Source: Candidatus Bipolaricaulota bacterium
GTDB taxonomy: Bacteria; Bipolaricaulota; Bipolaricaulia; UBA7950; UBA9294
NCBI GenBank assembly: GCA_030603215.1
Contig: JAUVYF010000001.1
Coordinates: 9,257 to 73,256 of the forward strand
Direction: 5' to 3'
Length of the DNA stretch: 64,000 nt
Shown here: positions 51,522 through 60,628 of the stretch, one piece after another
How positions within the stretch are numbered: the stretch's first letter is position 1
Layout of the letters: each line of letters starts with the position of its first letter
Program-made: the position numbers and the translations under genes
Notes under the pieces: generated by a model
Database searches by the model: none
Seen by the model: only the letters and a program-made list of their open reading frames with translations
Told to the model about the DNA's origin: nothing

Positions 51522-52792
51522 GTCTCCTCCCTGGCCACGATATCCCGGCGGTAATGCATTCCAGCAAAGCTTATTCGCGCCATTGATTCGTAAGCCCTCT
51601 CTCTTGCTTGTTCCAGCGATTCGCCACGCGCAGCAACCGCGAGAATCCTTCCCCCCCGGGCGTACCAGCGACCGTCGATGTAGGAAGTGGCAGCGTGGAA
51701 GATGAACGTCCCATCGTCCTTAGCCACGTTCACCCCGCTGATCAGGAGATTCTCATTGCCGTAGTTCACCGGGTAACCGGCTGAGGAGGCCACCACGCAT
51801 GCGCACGCGCCGGGGTACCACTCCACACTCGCTTGATCGAGGGTCCCCTCGCAAGCGGCGGTGAGCAACGCGTACAGGTCACTCTTCAATAGCGGAAGGA
51901 GGGCCTGCGTTTCAGGATCTCCAAAACGCACGTTGTACTCCAGAAGATAGGGATCGCCGACGCGATCGATGATGATCCCAAAGTAGATGATCCCTGCCCC
52001 GCTCAGCCCTTCCACAGCCATTCCCTGGATAGTGGGAGCGATGATCCGCCTCTCGATCCGTTCTCTCATCTGCGGGGACAAAGAGACCGGCGCATACCCA
52101 CCCATGCCACCGGTGTTTGGCCCACGATCACCGTTTTTAAGACGCTTGTAATCCCGCGCCAAGGGGAGGATACGATAGTGCTGGCCATCGGTTATGACCA
52201 TGATCGATACCTCTTCCCCGTCGATCGCCTCCTGGATCAACACCTGTTTTCCCAGCCCGCAGGCCCGTTGCTGCAGCAGTAGATGAAGCGCTTCCTTCCC
52301 CATGACTAGTGTGGGAGCGAATATCGCTCCCTTTCCGCCGCACAGTTCATCGGCCTTGATGAACCACCTCTTTTCTGGCTGTTCCATCAGATAGTCGATC
52401 CCGGTTGTGTAATCGCTTATCAGGTGTGTGGAGGGGGTGGGAATACTGTGTCGGTGGGCAAACTCCAGGGCGAACGCCTTGCTCGACTCCAGTCGAGCCG
52501 TCGCTCGTGGCGGACCGAAGATCATCAGCCCAGTTGATTGAAACCGATCGACGATTCCCTGTGCCAGATACGTCTCCGGGCCAACCACGGTGAGATCAAC
52601 ACCGTGAGCAGCGGCAAACTCGACGCACCCTTCCAACGAGGTGAGCGGTATGTTCTCCATCCGGGGCGAGGATGCTGTGCCCCCATTGCCGGGCATGCAG
52701 TACACCCGGCGCAGCACATGCGGACTCTTGACCAGGGCCCACGCAATGGCGTGCTCCCGTCCCCCAGCACCGATTACCAGTGCGGTGCTCAT
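51509..52792 (-). CDS. purD: Phosphoribosylamine--glycine ligase
   Basis: GAGGREHA, PGNGG, VVGPE, GPNTGGMG, EYNVRFGDPE, YRRDI. Confidence 0.95.
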   Translation of the reverse strand: MSTALVIGAGGREHAIAWALVKSPHVLRRVYCMPGNGGTASSPRMENIPLTSLEGCVEFAAAHGVDLTVVGPETYLAQGIVDRFQSTGLMIFGPPRATARLESSKAFALEFAHRHSIPTPSTHLISDYTTGIDYLMEQPEKRWFIKADELCGGKGAIFAPTLVMGKEALHLLLQQRACGLGKQVLIQEAIDGEEVSIMVITDGQHYRILPLARDYKRLKNGDRGPNTGGMGGYAPVSLSPQMRERIERRIIAPTIQGMAVEGLSGAGIIYFGIIIDRVGDPYLLEYNVRFGDPETQALLPLLKSDLYALLTAACEGTLDQASVEWYPGACACVVASSAGYPVNYGNENLLISGVNVAKDDGTFIFHAATSYIDGRWYARGGRILAVAARGESLEQARERAYESMARISFAGMHYRRDIVAREETCVA

Positions 52793-52826
52793 TGCCGCAC
52801 CTCCTTATAGAACGTAAAGGTGCGTC

Positions 52827-52855
52827 ATCTTAACACTAATAGTGCATATTGTCAA
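52827..52855 (-). promoter_or_regulatory. Sigma70 promoter of the purD...purP operon with a palindrome in the spacer
   Basis: TTGACA-17 bp-TAAGAT; the spacer contains the palindrome CACTA-N-TAGTG. Confidence 0.7.
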
Positions 52856-52886
52856 GTAAAAGTGTCACAAAATTACATTATTGTTG

Positions 52887-53600
52887 TTAACGAGAGGGAA
52901 GGCAGATCAGGCTCTTTATCGGGCAGGTAATTAAGCGCCGTAGGCGTCGATATCCTCGTTCCCCAATCTGGATAAGGGAAAAGATGCCCACGACCGTTGC
53001 CTTGGTCGCCTGGGCGATCTCTACCAAGGCAGCCTGCGTCTCACCCGAGCGCATCAAGTCGTCCACGATCAGTACTTGGTCGTCACGGGAGAGGGCGTCC
53101 GCGGGGAGGAAGTAGTTCATCACCTGGCCAGTGGGAAGGTTGGAGTGCGACTCGATGAACGAGGCGACGCCGACCTCGCGCTCCCGCTTAGTGAACAGGC
53201 AACCGACGTTCAGGCAAGCGGCAATGTGTACCGCGAGGGGAATACCATCGACCGCTGCGGTAAGGACCTTATCGGGGTGGGGAAATTCCATTACCATTAG
53301 ATCGGCGACCGTACGCAGGAAAGGGGTGTGGAACACGAGCCTCGTGTTGTCGATGAACCCATCCTCGTTAGCCCGCAATAGGGATTTTCCCTGCTGGGCG
53401 AGCCGCTCCCAGGAACGCAGCTTGAGAATCTCCTCGGCCCGCGCCGGCTCAGGAAGTACGTGTCCCTTGATGTAACGGTTGAGGACGATCGGGGATATCC
53501 CTAACGCCTCACTGAGCTTCTGGTAAGTCTGTCCCTGTTTAATCGCCCGCAGGAACTGCACCGCCTTGAGTTGCCTGTACACCTGCTCTTCCCTGGTCAT
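52887..53600 (-). CDS. HTH plus phosphoribosyltransferase-domain protein (PurR-like regulator)
   Basis: TYQKLSEALGISPIVLNRYIKGHVLP HTH; VLTAAVDGIPLA; VLIVDDLMRSGET PRPP-binding loop. Confidence 0.8.
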   Translation of the reverse strand: MTREEQVYRQLKAVQFLRAIKQGQTYQKLSEALGISPIVLNRYIKGHVLPEPARAEEILKLRSWERLAQQGKSLLRANEDGFIDNTRLVFHTPFLRTVADLMVMEFPHPDKVLTAAVDGIPLAVHIAACLNVGCLFTKREREVGVASFIESHSNLPTGQVMNYFLPADALSRDDQVLIVDDLMRSGETQAALVEIAQATKATVVGIFSLIQIGERGYRRLRRLITCPIKSLICLPSR

Positions 53601-53683
53601 AAGTGTATCATTCTACCCATTTGCTGAGGCGATGTGAAATGTTGTTGCTGGCTACCCTGTTAGGGGAACTTCACCACTTTAGA

Positions 53684-54244
53684 TTACGGTGCTGCGTCAG
53701 AGGCGAAACTAGATTCTCGTTTTATTTGTTCCAGGTAAGCTCTATACCCTTGCTCGTGCAGGCGATCTCCTTTCTCCTCTACAATAGCGGCCATCTCCTT
53801 TCGGTAATAAACAAGGCGTTGCTGCAAGGATGGATCAGCAAGCGCCAGGATCTGGGCCGCGAGCAGGCAGGCATTCTTCGCCCCGGCCGATCCGATCGCG
53901 GTGGTGGCAACAGGAACTCCGGCTGGCATTTGCACTGTGGCCAGCAGGGAATCGATACCATTGAATGCGGGGCTGTCAAGCGGCACTCCGATCACTGGAA
54001 GAATGGTACGGGAGGCGATAACCCCAGCGAGGTTGGCTGCCCCACGGGAGGCAGCGATGATCACCTTGATCCCACGTTTTTGCGCTGCAGCAGCATAATC
54101 GCTCACCGCGCGGGGAGCAAAATGAGCAGAGAGACGGCGCAGTTCGTAAGGAATATCGAACCGATCGAGGATCTGAGCTGCTTGCTCCAGCAATGAGAGG
54201 TCGTGCTCGTACTCCACCAAGATTCCTACTCGTATGTTCCCCAT
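53684..54244 (-). CDS. purE: PurE-family protein, divergent copy
   Basis: LSAH, GAANLAGVIAS, PVIGVP, DSLLATVQMPAGVPVAT. Confidence 0.85.
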   Translation of the reverse strand: MGNIRVGILVEYEHDLSLLEQAAQILDRFDIPYELRRLSAHFAPRAVSDYAAAAQKRGIKVIIAASRGAANLAGVIASRTILPVIGVPLDSPAFNGIDSLLATVQMPAGVPVATTAIGSAGAKNACLLAAQILALADPSLQQRLVYYRKEMAAIVEEKGDRLHEQGYRAYLEQIKRESSFASDAAP

Positions 54245-54245
54245 T

Positions 54246-54755
54246 TTACCAGTGTTTCTCCTGACGATAAGGCTCCTCGATCCGCTCGTTCGCTAACCGC
54301 TCTTGCAGCGCCGGGTACTTCAATCCCAGGATCTGCGCGGCAAGGTAAGCGGCGTTGCGCACTCCCTCCTCGCCGATGGTCATCGTAGCCACCGGTTGTC
54401 CTACGGGCATGGGAAGGGTGGAATAGAGGGAGTCGATGCCGCGCAGGGAACGCGTATATAGAGGAATACCGATCACCGGAATGACCGTGAGCGCGGCGAT
54501 TATCCCCGGCAGATGTGCTGCTCCCCCAGCGCCGGCGATGAATACCTCCACTCCCTGGGCGATCGCTGCCTGTACATAGCGAAACAAGCGCTCCGGCGTG
54601 CGATGCGCCGAGACGATGGTCATCTCATACCCAATTTCCAGCCGTTCTAGCTCTTCAGCCACTAGCTTCATGACGGGAAGGTCGGAGTCGCTTCCCATGA
54701 CCACTCCCACCGCGCATTTGTTCATATCCAGGTTATCTCCTATCTCCATAACCAT
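54246..54755 (-). CDS. purE: PurE (N5-CAIR mutase / AIR carboxylase)
   Basis: VMGSDSDLP, VSAHRTP, AGAGGAAHLPG. Confidence 0.93.
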   Translation of the reverse strand: MVMEIGDNLDMNKCAVGVVMGSDSDLPVMKLVAEELERLEIGYEMTIVSAHRTPERLFRYVQAAIAQGVEVFIAGAGGAAHLPGIIAALTVIPVIGIPLYTRSLRGIDSLYSTLPMPVGQPVATMTIGEEGVRNAAYLAAQILGLKYPALQERLANERIEEPYRQEKHW

Positions 54756-54769
54756 GAGAAACTATAGCC

Positions 54770-55118
54770 ACTGGCCACTATCGCGTTCAAGGTTCGTGTA
54801 CACGTGTTTACCTGTGTGCTGGCGTTGATGCTGGTAAGTCTCATGCGACGGGAGCTCAACATCAAAGGCGTCAATCTATCGATTAAGCGGACCCTTGAGC
54901 TGCTGGGGGATATCCGGGAGATGACGATGATCTTTCCACCGCAGGCCCGCGGCGGTAACCCAGCAATCCGCACCTCGATCAGTGCGATGTCTCCTGAGCA
55001 GCGAGAACTCTATGAGCTCCTTGGCTTAAACCGATACGGACCCTGTTAGGTCATACAGGTTTCACAAGGTTTTGCCCGTAGGGATGCTATGTTGTAGAAT
55101 ATACACGGCAAAGTCGGG
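54770..55118 (+). mobile_element. IS1634-family transposase 3' remnant with a probable right end
   Basis: VHVFTCVLALMLVSL...SIKRTLELL...MSPEQRELYELLGL C-terminus; CGGCAAAGTCGGG terminal-repeat-like end at 55106..55118. Confidence 0.65.
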
Positions 55119-55797
55119 CTAGGGTCCATCCTTTGCGCTGTCGCAAGACGCGCACTCCTTGACCCACTTTGTGATCGTCAGCCATATCTTTTAGTATAGC
55201 GGAAAAATTTCACTTTGCAATTATCTAGCAGCAACAACTTTCACATCCCACGAAAGGGCAAACTCTAAGAATGTGCAACTAGGATGGGCCCTACACCAAA
55301 TCCGCGCCTTGGTAAGCCATCCGCTCATTCGCCTCGAAACGCAGATCGCGGAGATAATCGAGGTAAGTAGGTTGAAGAATAGATCGTAGAGGCATCTGTC
55401 TGGCTTGGGTTGCTGGGGGTACTTACTCGCAGGATTTAGTCGTCTGTGGTGAGCAGGTTCTGTCACCGCGGGAGCTCAAGGAAGGACATCGCCTCTTCCT
55501 TGAAGATCTTTCTTGGACACCTGCCCTTCAGCCAAGGGTTATGATCGTGGGAACGGGGGCTTTCGGAAGGCTACATATTTCAAGAGAAGTAGTGAAATGT
55601 ATAGATGGGATGCGGATTAGTTTGCGTGGATTTAAGACTAGAACAGCGATAAATGATAATAATGAGACCATTGACCAAGAAGAAGATGTAATTGCCTGTT
55701 TGCGTCTTTCCTGTTAAGCTGTGCTTATTATCTTGTGGCTTCAGACCATTTTGCGAAAAGCGATTACACTCTTGCGAAACAGATCAGAGGAGGAAAG

Positions 55798-56886
55798 ATG
55801 AACAAGGAACGGCTGGAGTTTCTGCGTCGATGTATGGAAACCGTTTGCCCATCCGGTTTTGAAGAAGAGATGTCCCATGTATGGCGTACGGAGGCTAATC
55901 GGTTTGCCGATCGCACTTGGGTTGACATACACGGCAATTCGTTTGCCGTTATAAACGAGGGTGGGGTTCCTCGAGTAATGCTGGCTGGGCACGCCGATGA
56001 GATTGGACTGATGGTTACTTACATCGACAAAGATGGGTTCCTTTCATTTACCGGCATCGGTGGTTGGGATACTCAGATCCTCCCCGGGCAACGCGCATGG
56101 ATTCAAGGAAAGAAAGGACCCATCCTTGGGGTAATTGGTCGCAAACCAATTCATCTGCTTGATGAAGAACAGCGGAAGAAGCCAGTAAAAGTCGAGGACC
56201 TATGGATAGATATCGGAGCAAAGAACAAGAATGAAGCAGCCTCACTCGTACAGATTGGCGACCCCGCTGTACTTGATTACGGGTTTGCGAAGTTACGTAA
56301 CAGTCTTATTGTTGGGCGTGGCTTCGATGATCGTGTAGGGGCGTTTGTCGTTCTAGAAGCGGCGCGCTTGCTATCAGCGATGAAACCTAAGGCCGCGGTA
56401 TACGCAGTAGCAACCGTCCAAGAGGAGATTGGCCTACGTGGAGCGCGGACCAGCGCTTTTGGGATTGACCCCCAAGTGGGAATTGCTGTCGACGTCTGTC
56501 ACGCGACTGATTCCCCTGGACTAAGCTCCGAAAAGAAGAAACTTGGAGATCTATCAATGGGCAAGGGCCCAGTTATTGCTCGTGGACCGAATATCAATCC
56601 AGCTTTGTTTAAGCTGTTTGTGGAGACAGCCAAGAAAGAAAATATCTCTTGCCAAATAGAGGGTGCACCACACGGTACCGGGACCGACGCTAATGCAATC
56701 CAGCTTACTCGCGCTGGTGTAGCTACCGGGCTGATTTCCATTCCTAATCGCTATATGCATTCTCCATGCGAGATTGTGCATACAGGTGATCTGGAGAATA
56801 GCGCTAAGCTGATCGCTCACGCAGTAGCGAAGCTTAGCGAGGAGACCAACCTCATACCCCATAGCTCCTTGTTCTCACCCAGTTGA
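55798..56886 (+). CDS. M42-family aminopeptidase
   Basis: PSGFEE, AGHADEIG, FDDRVG, VQEEIGLRGA, GTDA, RYMHSPCE. Confidence 0.93.
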   Translation: MNKERLEFLRRCMETVCPSGFEEEMSHVWRTEANRFADRTWVDIHGNSFAVINEGGVPRVMLAGHADEIGLMVTYIDKDGFLSFTGIGGWDTQILPGQRAWIQGKKGPILGVIGRKPIHLLDEEQRKKPVKVEDLWIDIGAKNKNEAASLVQIGDPAVLDYGFAKLRNSLIVGRGFDDRVGAFVVLEAARLLSAMKPKAAVYAVATVQEEIGLRGARTSAFGIDPQVGIAVDVCHATDSPGLSSEKKKLGDLSMGKGPVIARGPNINPALFKLFVETAKKENISCQIEGAPHGTGTDANAIQLTRAGVATGLISIPNRYMHSPCEIVHTGDLENSAKLIAHAVAKLSEETNLIPHSSLFSPS

Positions 56887-56916
56887 TTTGAACTGTTAGT
56901 AGGTGTATAGTAATTC

Positions 56917-57003
56917 TATCAGGGGAGCTCATATTTCTGGGCTGAGAGGAGGTTTAACCTCGACCCTTGGAACCTGATCTGGATAATGCCAGCGGAGGGA
57001 CAT
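56917..57003 (+). ncRNA. TPP riboswitch
   Basis: AGGGGAGC...GCTGAGA...GACCCTTGGAACCTGATCTGGATAATGCCAGCGGAGGGA matches the THI-box consensus. Confidence 0.95.
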
Positions 57004-57048
57004 CTTGTGTATCCCACGCAACTAAGACCAAGGTTCGGGTCGGTCTTC

Positions 57049-57921
57049 ATGCGCGAAACAAAGATTCTAGAGATTATCCGTAGCCGGATCTCTTCCGCAG
57101 GTGATGACGCAGCAATCATCCCGTTTGCCAACTCGCATCTCATATTGACTACGGATATGCTTCATCGCACAAGCGACTTTCCGACTGGAGCAAGCCCGAT
57201 CGCAATCGGTTGGCGCAGCGTTGCTGTCTCCCTTTCTGATCTGGCAGCAATGGGAGCTACACCATTGGGAGTTCTGCTTGCTTTGGGTGATCCCAAGCTG
57301 GAAGAAGCATTCGTCACCGAAGTGCTGGAAGGCGCGATGGCTTGCTGTGAGTCGGTAGAGACCAATCTTATTGGGGGAGATGTCGATCGCCATCAAGAGC
57401 TGACCCTGGTAAGTACGGGAATCGGCGAAGCCAAACAGCCAATTCGCCGAGCCGGCGCGCATACAGGTGAATTTGTTTGTGTCACTGGCGAGCTTGGTCG
57501 TACTCAGGCAGCTCTCGCTCTGTATGCAAAGGGGAAGACTAAGCAAGCGGACAAGCTCTTCCAGTTCTCTCCTCGTGTTAATTGGGGAAAAAACCTCGCT
57601 GGCATTGCTACTAGCATGATCGATATCTCTGATGGCCTTGCTCATTCGTTGCATCTACTGGCAAAAGAAGGAAGTGTCGGATTTACAATTGACGAGAAGA
57701 GACTCCCATTTCTTTCGGAGATGGATCAGCTCTTCCGTCCCCTCGAGCGCTCAGAAAGGATCATTTTCGGCGGAGAGGACTACGAGCTCTTGTTCACACT
57801 ACCTCAACACTTGTTAAGAAATGATAACAGCTGCCCTTGCTACACTGTTATTGGACAGGTGACTGAGACGGAGGTTCTGTTGGACGGCCGTAAGCTTCCC
57901 GATGAAGGGTACGAACACTGA
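57049..57921 (+). CDS. thiL: Thiamine-monophosphate kinase
   Basis: GDDAA, TTDML, SDLAAMGA, IGGD, IDISDGL, GGEDYELLFT. Confidence 0.93.
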   Translation: MRETKILEIIRSRISSAGDDAAIIPFANSHLILTTDMLHRTSDFPTGASPIAIGWRSVAVSLSDLAAMGATPLGVLLALGDPKLEEAFVTEVLEGAMACCESVETNLIGGDVDRHQELTLVSTGIGEAKQPIRRAGAHTGEFVCVTGELGRTQAALALYAKGKTKQADKLFQFSPRVNWGKNLAGIATSMIDISDGLAHSLHLLAKEGSVGFTIDEKRLPFLSEMDQLFRPLERSERIIFGGEDYELLFTLPQHLLRNDNSCPCYTVIGQVTETEVLLDGRKLPDEGYEH

Positions 57922-57935
57922 ATAGGAGGTGGATC

Positions 57936-58964
57936 ATGTTCGACAAACTGGTAGTTCTGTTTGTGGTTGCTTTGTTGGCATTGGTGGTTATTGGCACAGG
58001 TAAGGAGCAGCTCGTTGTCTACACTTATGAGAGCTTTGTGTCGTGGGGTCCGGCCGCTGTTTTGGAGGAGGTATTCGAAGCCCAATATGACTGCGATTTG
58101 CAATTTGTAACTGCGGGAGGAGCTAAGGCAACACTCTCTCGTCTTCTTGCCGAGCGTGACGTTTCGGCGACGAATGCTGATCTATTCATGGCTGAAGTAA
58201 ACGAAATCCCGCGGATTGTGAAGTATGACCTATTCCTCCCAGTAACCAAGGATGATATTCCTAATCTTGCATATATTCCCGAGGAACTTCTCTTCGATCC
58301 CGATGTGGGATTTGTGCCTTATGAATATGGGTATATCAGCCTTACCTATGACTCACAGGTCCTAAGCGAGGACGAGCTTCCTCAATCACTTGACCAATTA
58401 ACCGATCCCCGTTATGCGCGGATGCTTGTGTGTCAGGATCCGCGTACTTCGTCCACTGGATTCTCGTTCCTCCTGTGGACCATCGCTCAGTTTGGCGAGG
58501 AGAAGTACCTCGATTTTTGGCGATCGATCGATCGAACACTTCTTACTATCACAAGGGGCTGGACCGAGGCGTGGACTATGCTTAGCCATGGAGAGGCCCC
58601 ACTTATTGTAAGTTTCTCCACGGATACCGCTTACGGGGCGATGTACGAAGATTCAATTGACTACCGCGCGTTTGCCCCGGGAGGACAAGGATACCGTACA
58701 GTCTTTGGCATAGGAATCGTTAAAGAGACAGACCAGCCTGAATTAGCGAAGGCGTTCATTGATTTGCTGTTATCCAAAGAGATTCAAGAGCAACTTCCTA
58801 GAACAGAGATCATGATACCCGCCAACCTACAGGCAGAGCTCCCGCCAGAGTACGATGAATACCTCATTATTCCTGAGAATCCATTGATGCTTCCGCTTGA
58901 CTTGGTAGGGGACCGAATGGATACCTGGCTGCATGACTGGGAGCGGGCGATCGTGGGCAAGTGA
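57936..58964 (+). CDS. thiB: Thiamine ABC transporter substrate-binding protein
   Basis: VYTYESFVSWGP, DPRTSSTG, GWTEAW. Confidence 0.9.
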   Translation: MFDKLVVLFVVALLALVVIGTGKEQLVVYTYESFVSWGPAAVLEEVFEAQYDCDLQFVTAGGAKATLSRLLAERDVSATNADLFMAEVNEIPRIVKYDLFLPVTKDDIPNLAYIPEELLFDPDVGFVPYEYGYISLTYDSQVLSEDELPQSLDQLTDPRYARMLVCQDPRTSSTGFSFLLWTIAQFGEEKYLDFWRSIDRTLLTITRGWTEAWTMLSHGEAPLIVSFSTDTAYGAMYEDSIDYRAFAPGGQGYRTVFGIGIVKETDQPELAKAFIDLLLSKEIQEQLPRTEIMIPANLQAELPPEYDEYLIIPENPLMLPLDLVGDRMDTWLHDWERAIVGK

Positions 58965-60628
58965 AGAAGGGTGGGTTTCTCGTCTTTATTGGATTGCTTG
59001 CCTTTCTAGGGTTGGTTTTCTATCAGCCACTGTTCTCTGTCTTACGGCGGGGATTGACCGAGGGGGGAAGGTGGAGCCTCTCTCCCTTAGCGACCATACT
59101 GACTGATAGTTATTTCGTTCATATCATCGTCTTTTCTCTTAAGCAAGCCGCTTTCAGTACCTTGCTTAGCTTAGGAATCGGACTCCCTGGCGCGTATCTT
59201 CTTACTCGCTACAGCTTTCCTGGCAAATCAGCGATTCGCTCCTTAACTGTCGTCCCATTTGTTCTGCCCGCCGTTGTTGTTGCCTTGGGGTTTATTCTGT
59301 TTTTCGGAGAAAGCGGTTGGCTGAACCAGTGGCTAATGTCAGTGTTTCATTTGCCAAGTCCACCGCTTCACATTCTGTACTCTCTAACGGGGATCGTCCT
59401 TGCTCATGCGTTTTACAATGCCCCCATTGTGATGCGACTGGTGAACGCTTCCTGGGAAGGAATCGATCCCGAAATTGACGAAGCTGCAGCATCCCTTGGC
59501 GCTGGAGGCCTACGACGTTTTGTCGGGATCACTATTCCACTTCTTACTCCTGCTTTACTGAGCAGTGCTGCCCTTGTGTTCATCTTCAGCTTTCTTTCCT
59601 TTCCCATCGTGCTTGCTTTGGGCGGAGCACGTTATGCTACGATTGAGGTAGGAATCTACACCCTTATTCGCACTTTGCTTGACTACAAATTGGGGTCGGC
59701 GCTGATCCTTGTTGAGACCGCTCTATCGTTAAGCCTTACCTATGTTTACCTAAAGGCAGAGGGGGGGTTTGCCACATTGACTCAGGGCTCACGGAGAGTA
59801 GCGACCTATCCGTTGTTTTCCCGGAAAGCGAGTATGTGTAAGATGGTTATCGCTGCATACATTATTATTGCTGCCGTTTTCTTTCTTGGACCGATTAGCT
59901 CTGTTCTTGTTGATTCTTTGCTGGTTCGCGGGCAGTGGTCCGTGGAGAGCTATCGGCAGATATTTTCACTGGGCTACAACCCCTTCTTGGGAGTCTCTCC
60001 GTTGCGCACGGTATTGAATAGCCTGTTTATCGGTGGAATTTCTACCGCGATTTCTCTGCCGGTGGGCATACTCATCGCAATGTTTGCTGTTCGCAGTCAC
60101 CTGCCCGGCCGTCGGTTGCTGGAAGCTATTCTGATGGCTCCACTAGCTGTTTCATCAGTGGCAATTGGGTTTGCCGTGTTGTATGGTTTGGGCGGAGCCC
60201 CACTACATCTAAGTGGAACGCTGATCGCAATTGCGTTAGCGCATGCTATCCTTACTTACCCATTTGTTGTACGCGTGATTCGGCCTGTTCTCGAAGGACT
60301 TGACCAGTCATTAGTAGAGGCAGCAAGGTCACTTGGTGCCTCACCAACCCGCGCGTTCTTCGAGGTTATACTTCCGCTCATTGGACCGGGAATTCTTGTG
60401 GCAGCAGTGTTTGGTTTTGCTCTTAGCATTGGAGAGATGAGCGCAACTATCATGCTTATGCGGCCCGGGCTTGGCACAATGCCTATTGCTGTATACAGTC
60501 TTCTGTCAGCACGGCAATTTGGGGCAGCGAGCGCCATGGGAATGATTCTTGTGGTAGTCGCTGGCATTGCGTTTGTTGTGATTGATCGATTGGGGAAAAG
60601 AGGTGTCGGATGTCGGACCTTGTGGTGA
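58961..60628 (+). CDS. thiP: Thiamine ABC transporter permease
   Basis: Two EAA loops (EAAASLGA, EAARSLGA); LAHAFYNAP. Confidence 0.88.
   Translation: MKKGGFLVFIGLLAFLGLVFYQPLFSVLRRGLTEGGRWSLSPLATILTDSYFVHIIVFSLKQAAFSTLLSLGIGLPGAYLLTRYSFPGKSAIRSLTVVPFVLPAVVVALGFILFFGESGWLNQWLMSVFHLPSPPLHILYSLTGIVLAHAFYNAPIVMRLVNASWEGIDPEIDEAAASLGAGGLRRFVGITIPLLTPALLSSAALVFIFSFLSFPIVLALGGARYATIEVGIYTLIRTLLDYKLGSALILVETALSLSLTYVYLKAEGGFATLTQGSRRVATYPLFSRKASMCKMVIAAYIIIAAVFFLGPISSVLVDSLLVRGQWSVESYRQIFSLGYNPFLGVSPLRTVLNSLFIGGISTAISLPVGILIAMFAVRSHLPGRRLLEAILMAPLAVSSVAIGFAVLYGLGGAPLHLSGTLIAIALAHAILTYPFVVRVIRPVLEGLDQSLVEAARSLGASPTRAFFEVILPLIGPGILVAAVFGFALSIGEMSATIMLMRPGLGTMPIAVYSLLSARQFGAASAMGMILVVVAGIAFVVIDRLGKRGVGCRTLW

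Noticed and set aside
55130..55790. Long intergenic region as a possible ncRNA
   Set aside because: No recognisable RNA family motif or convincing structure by eye.
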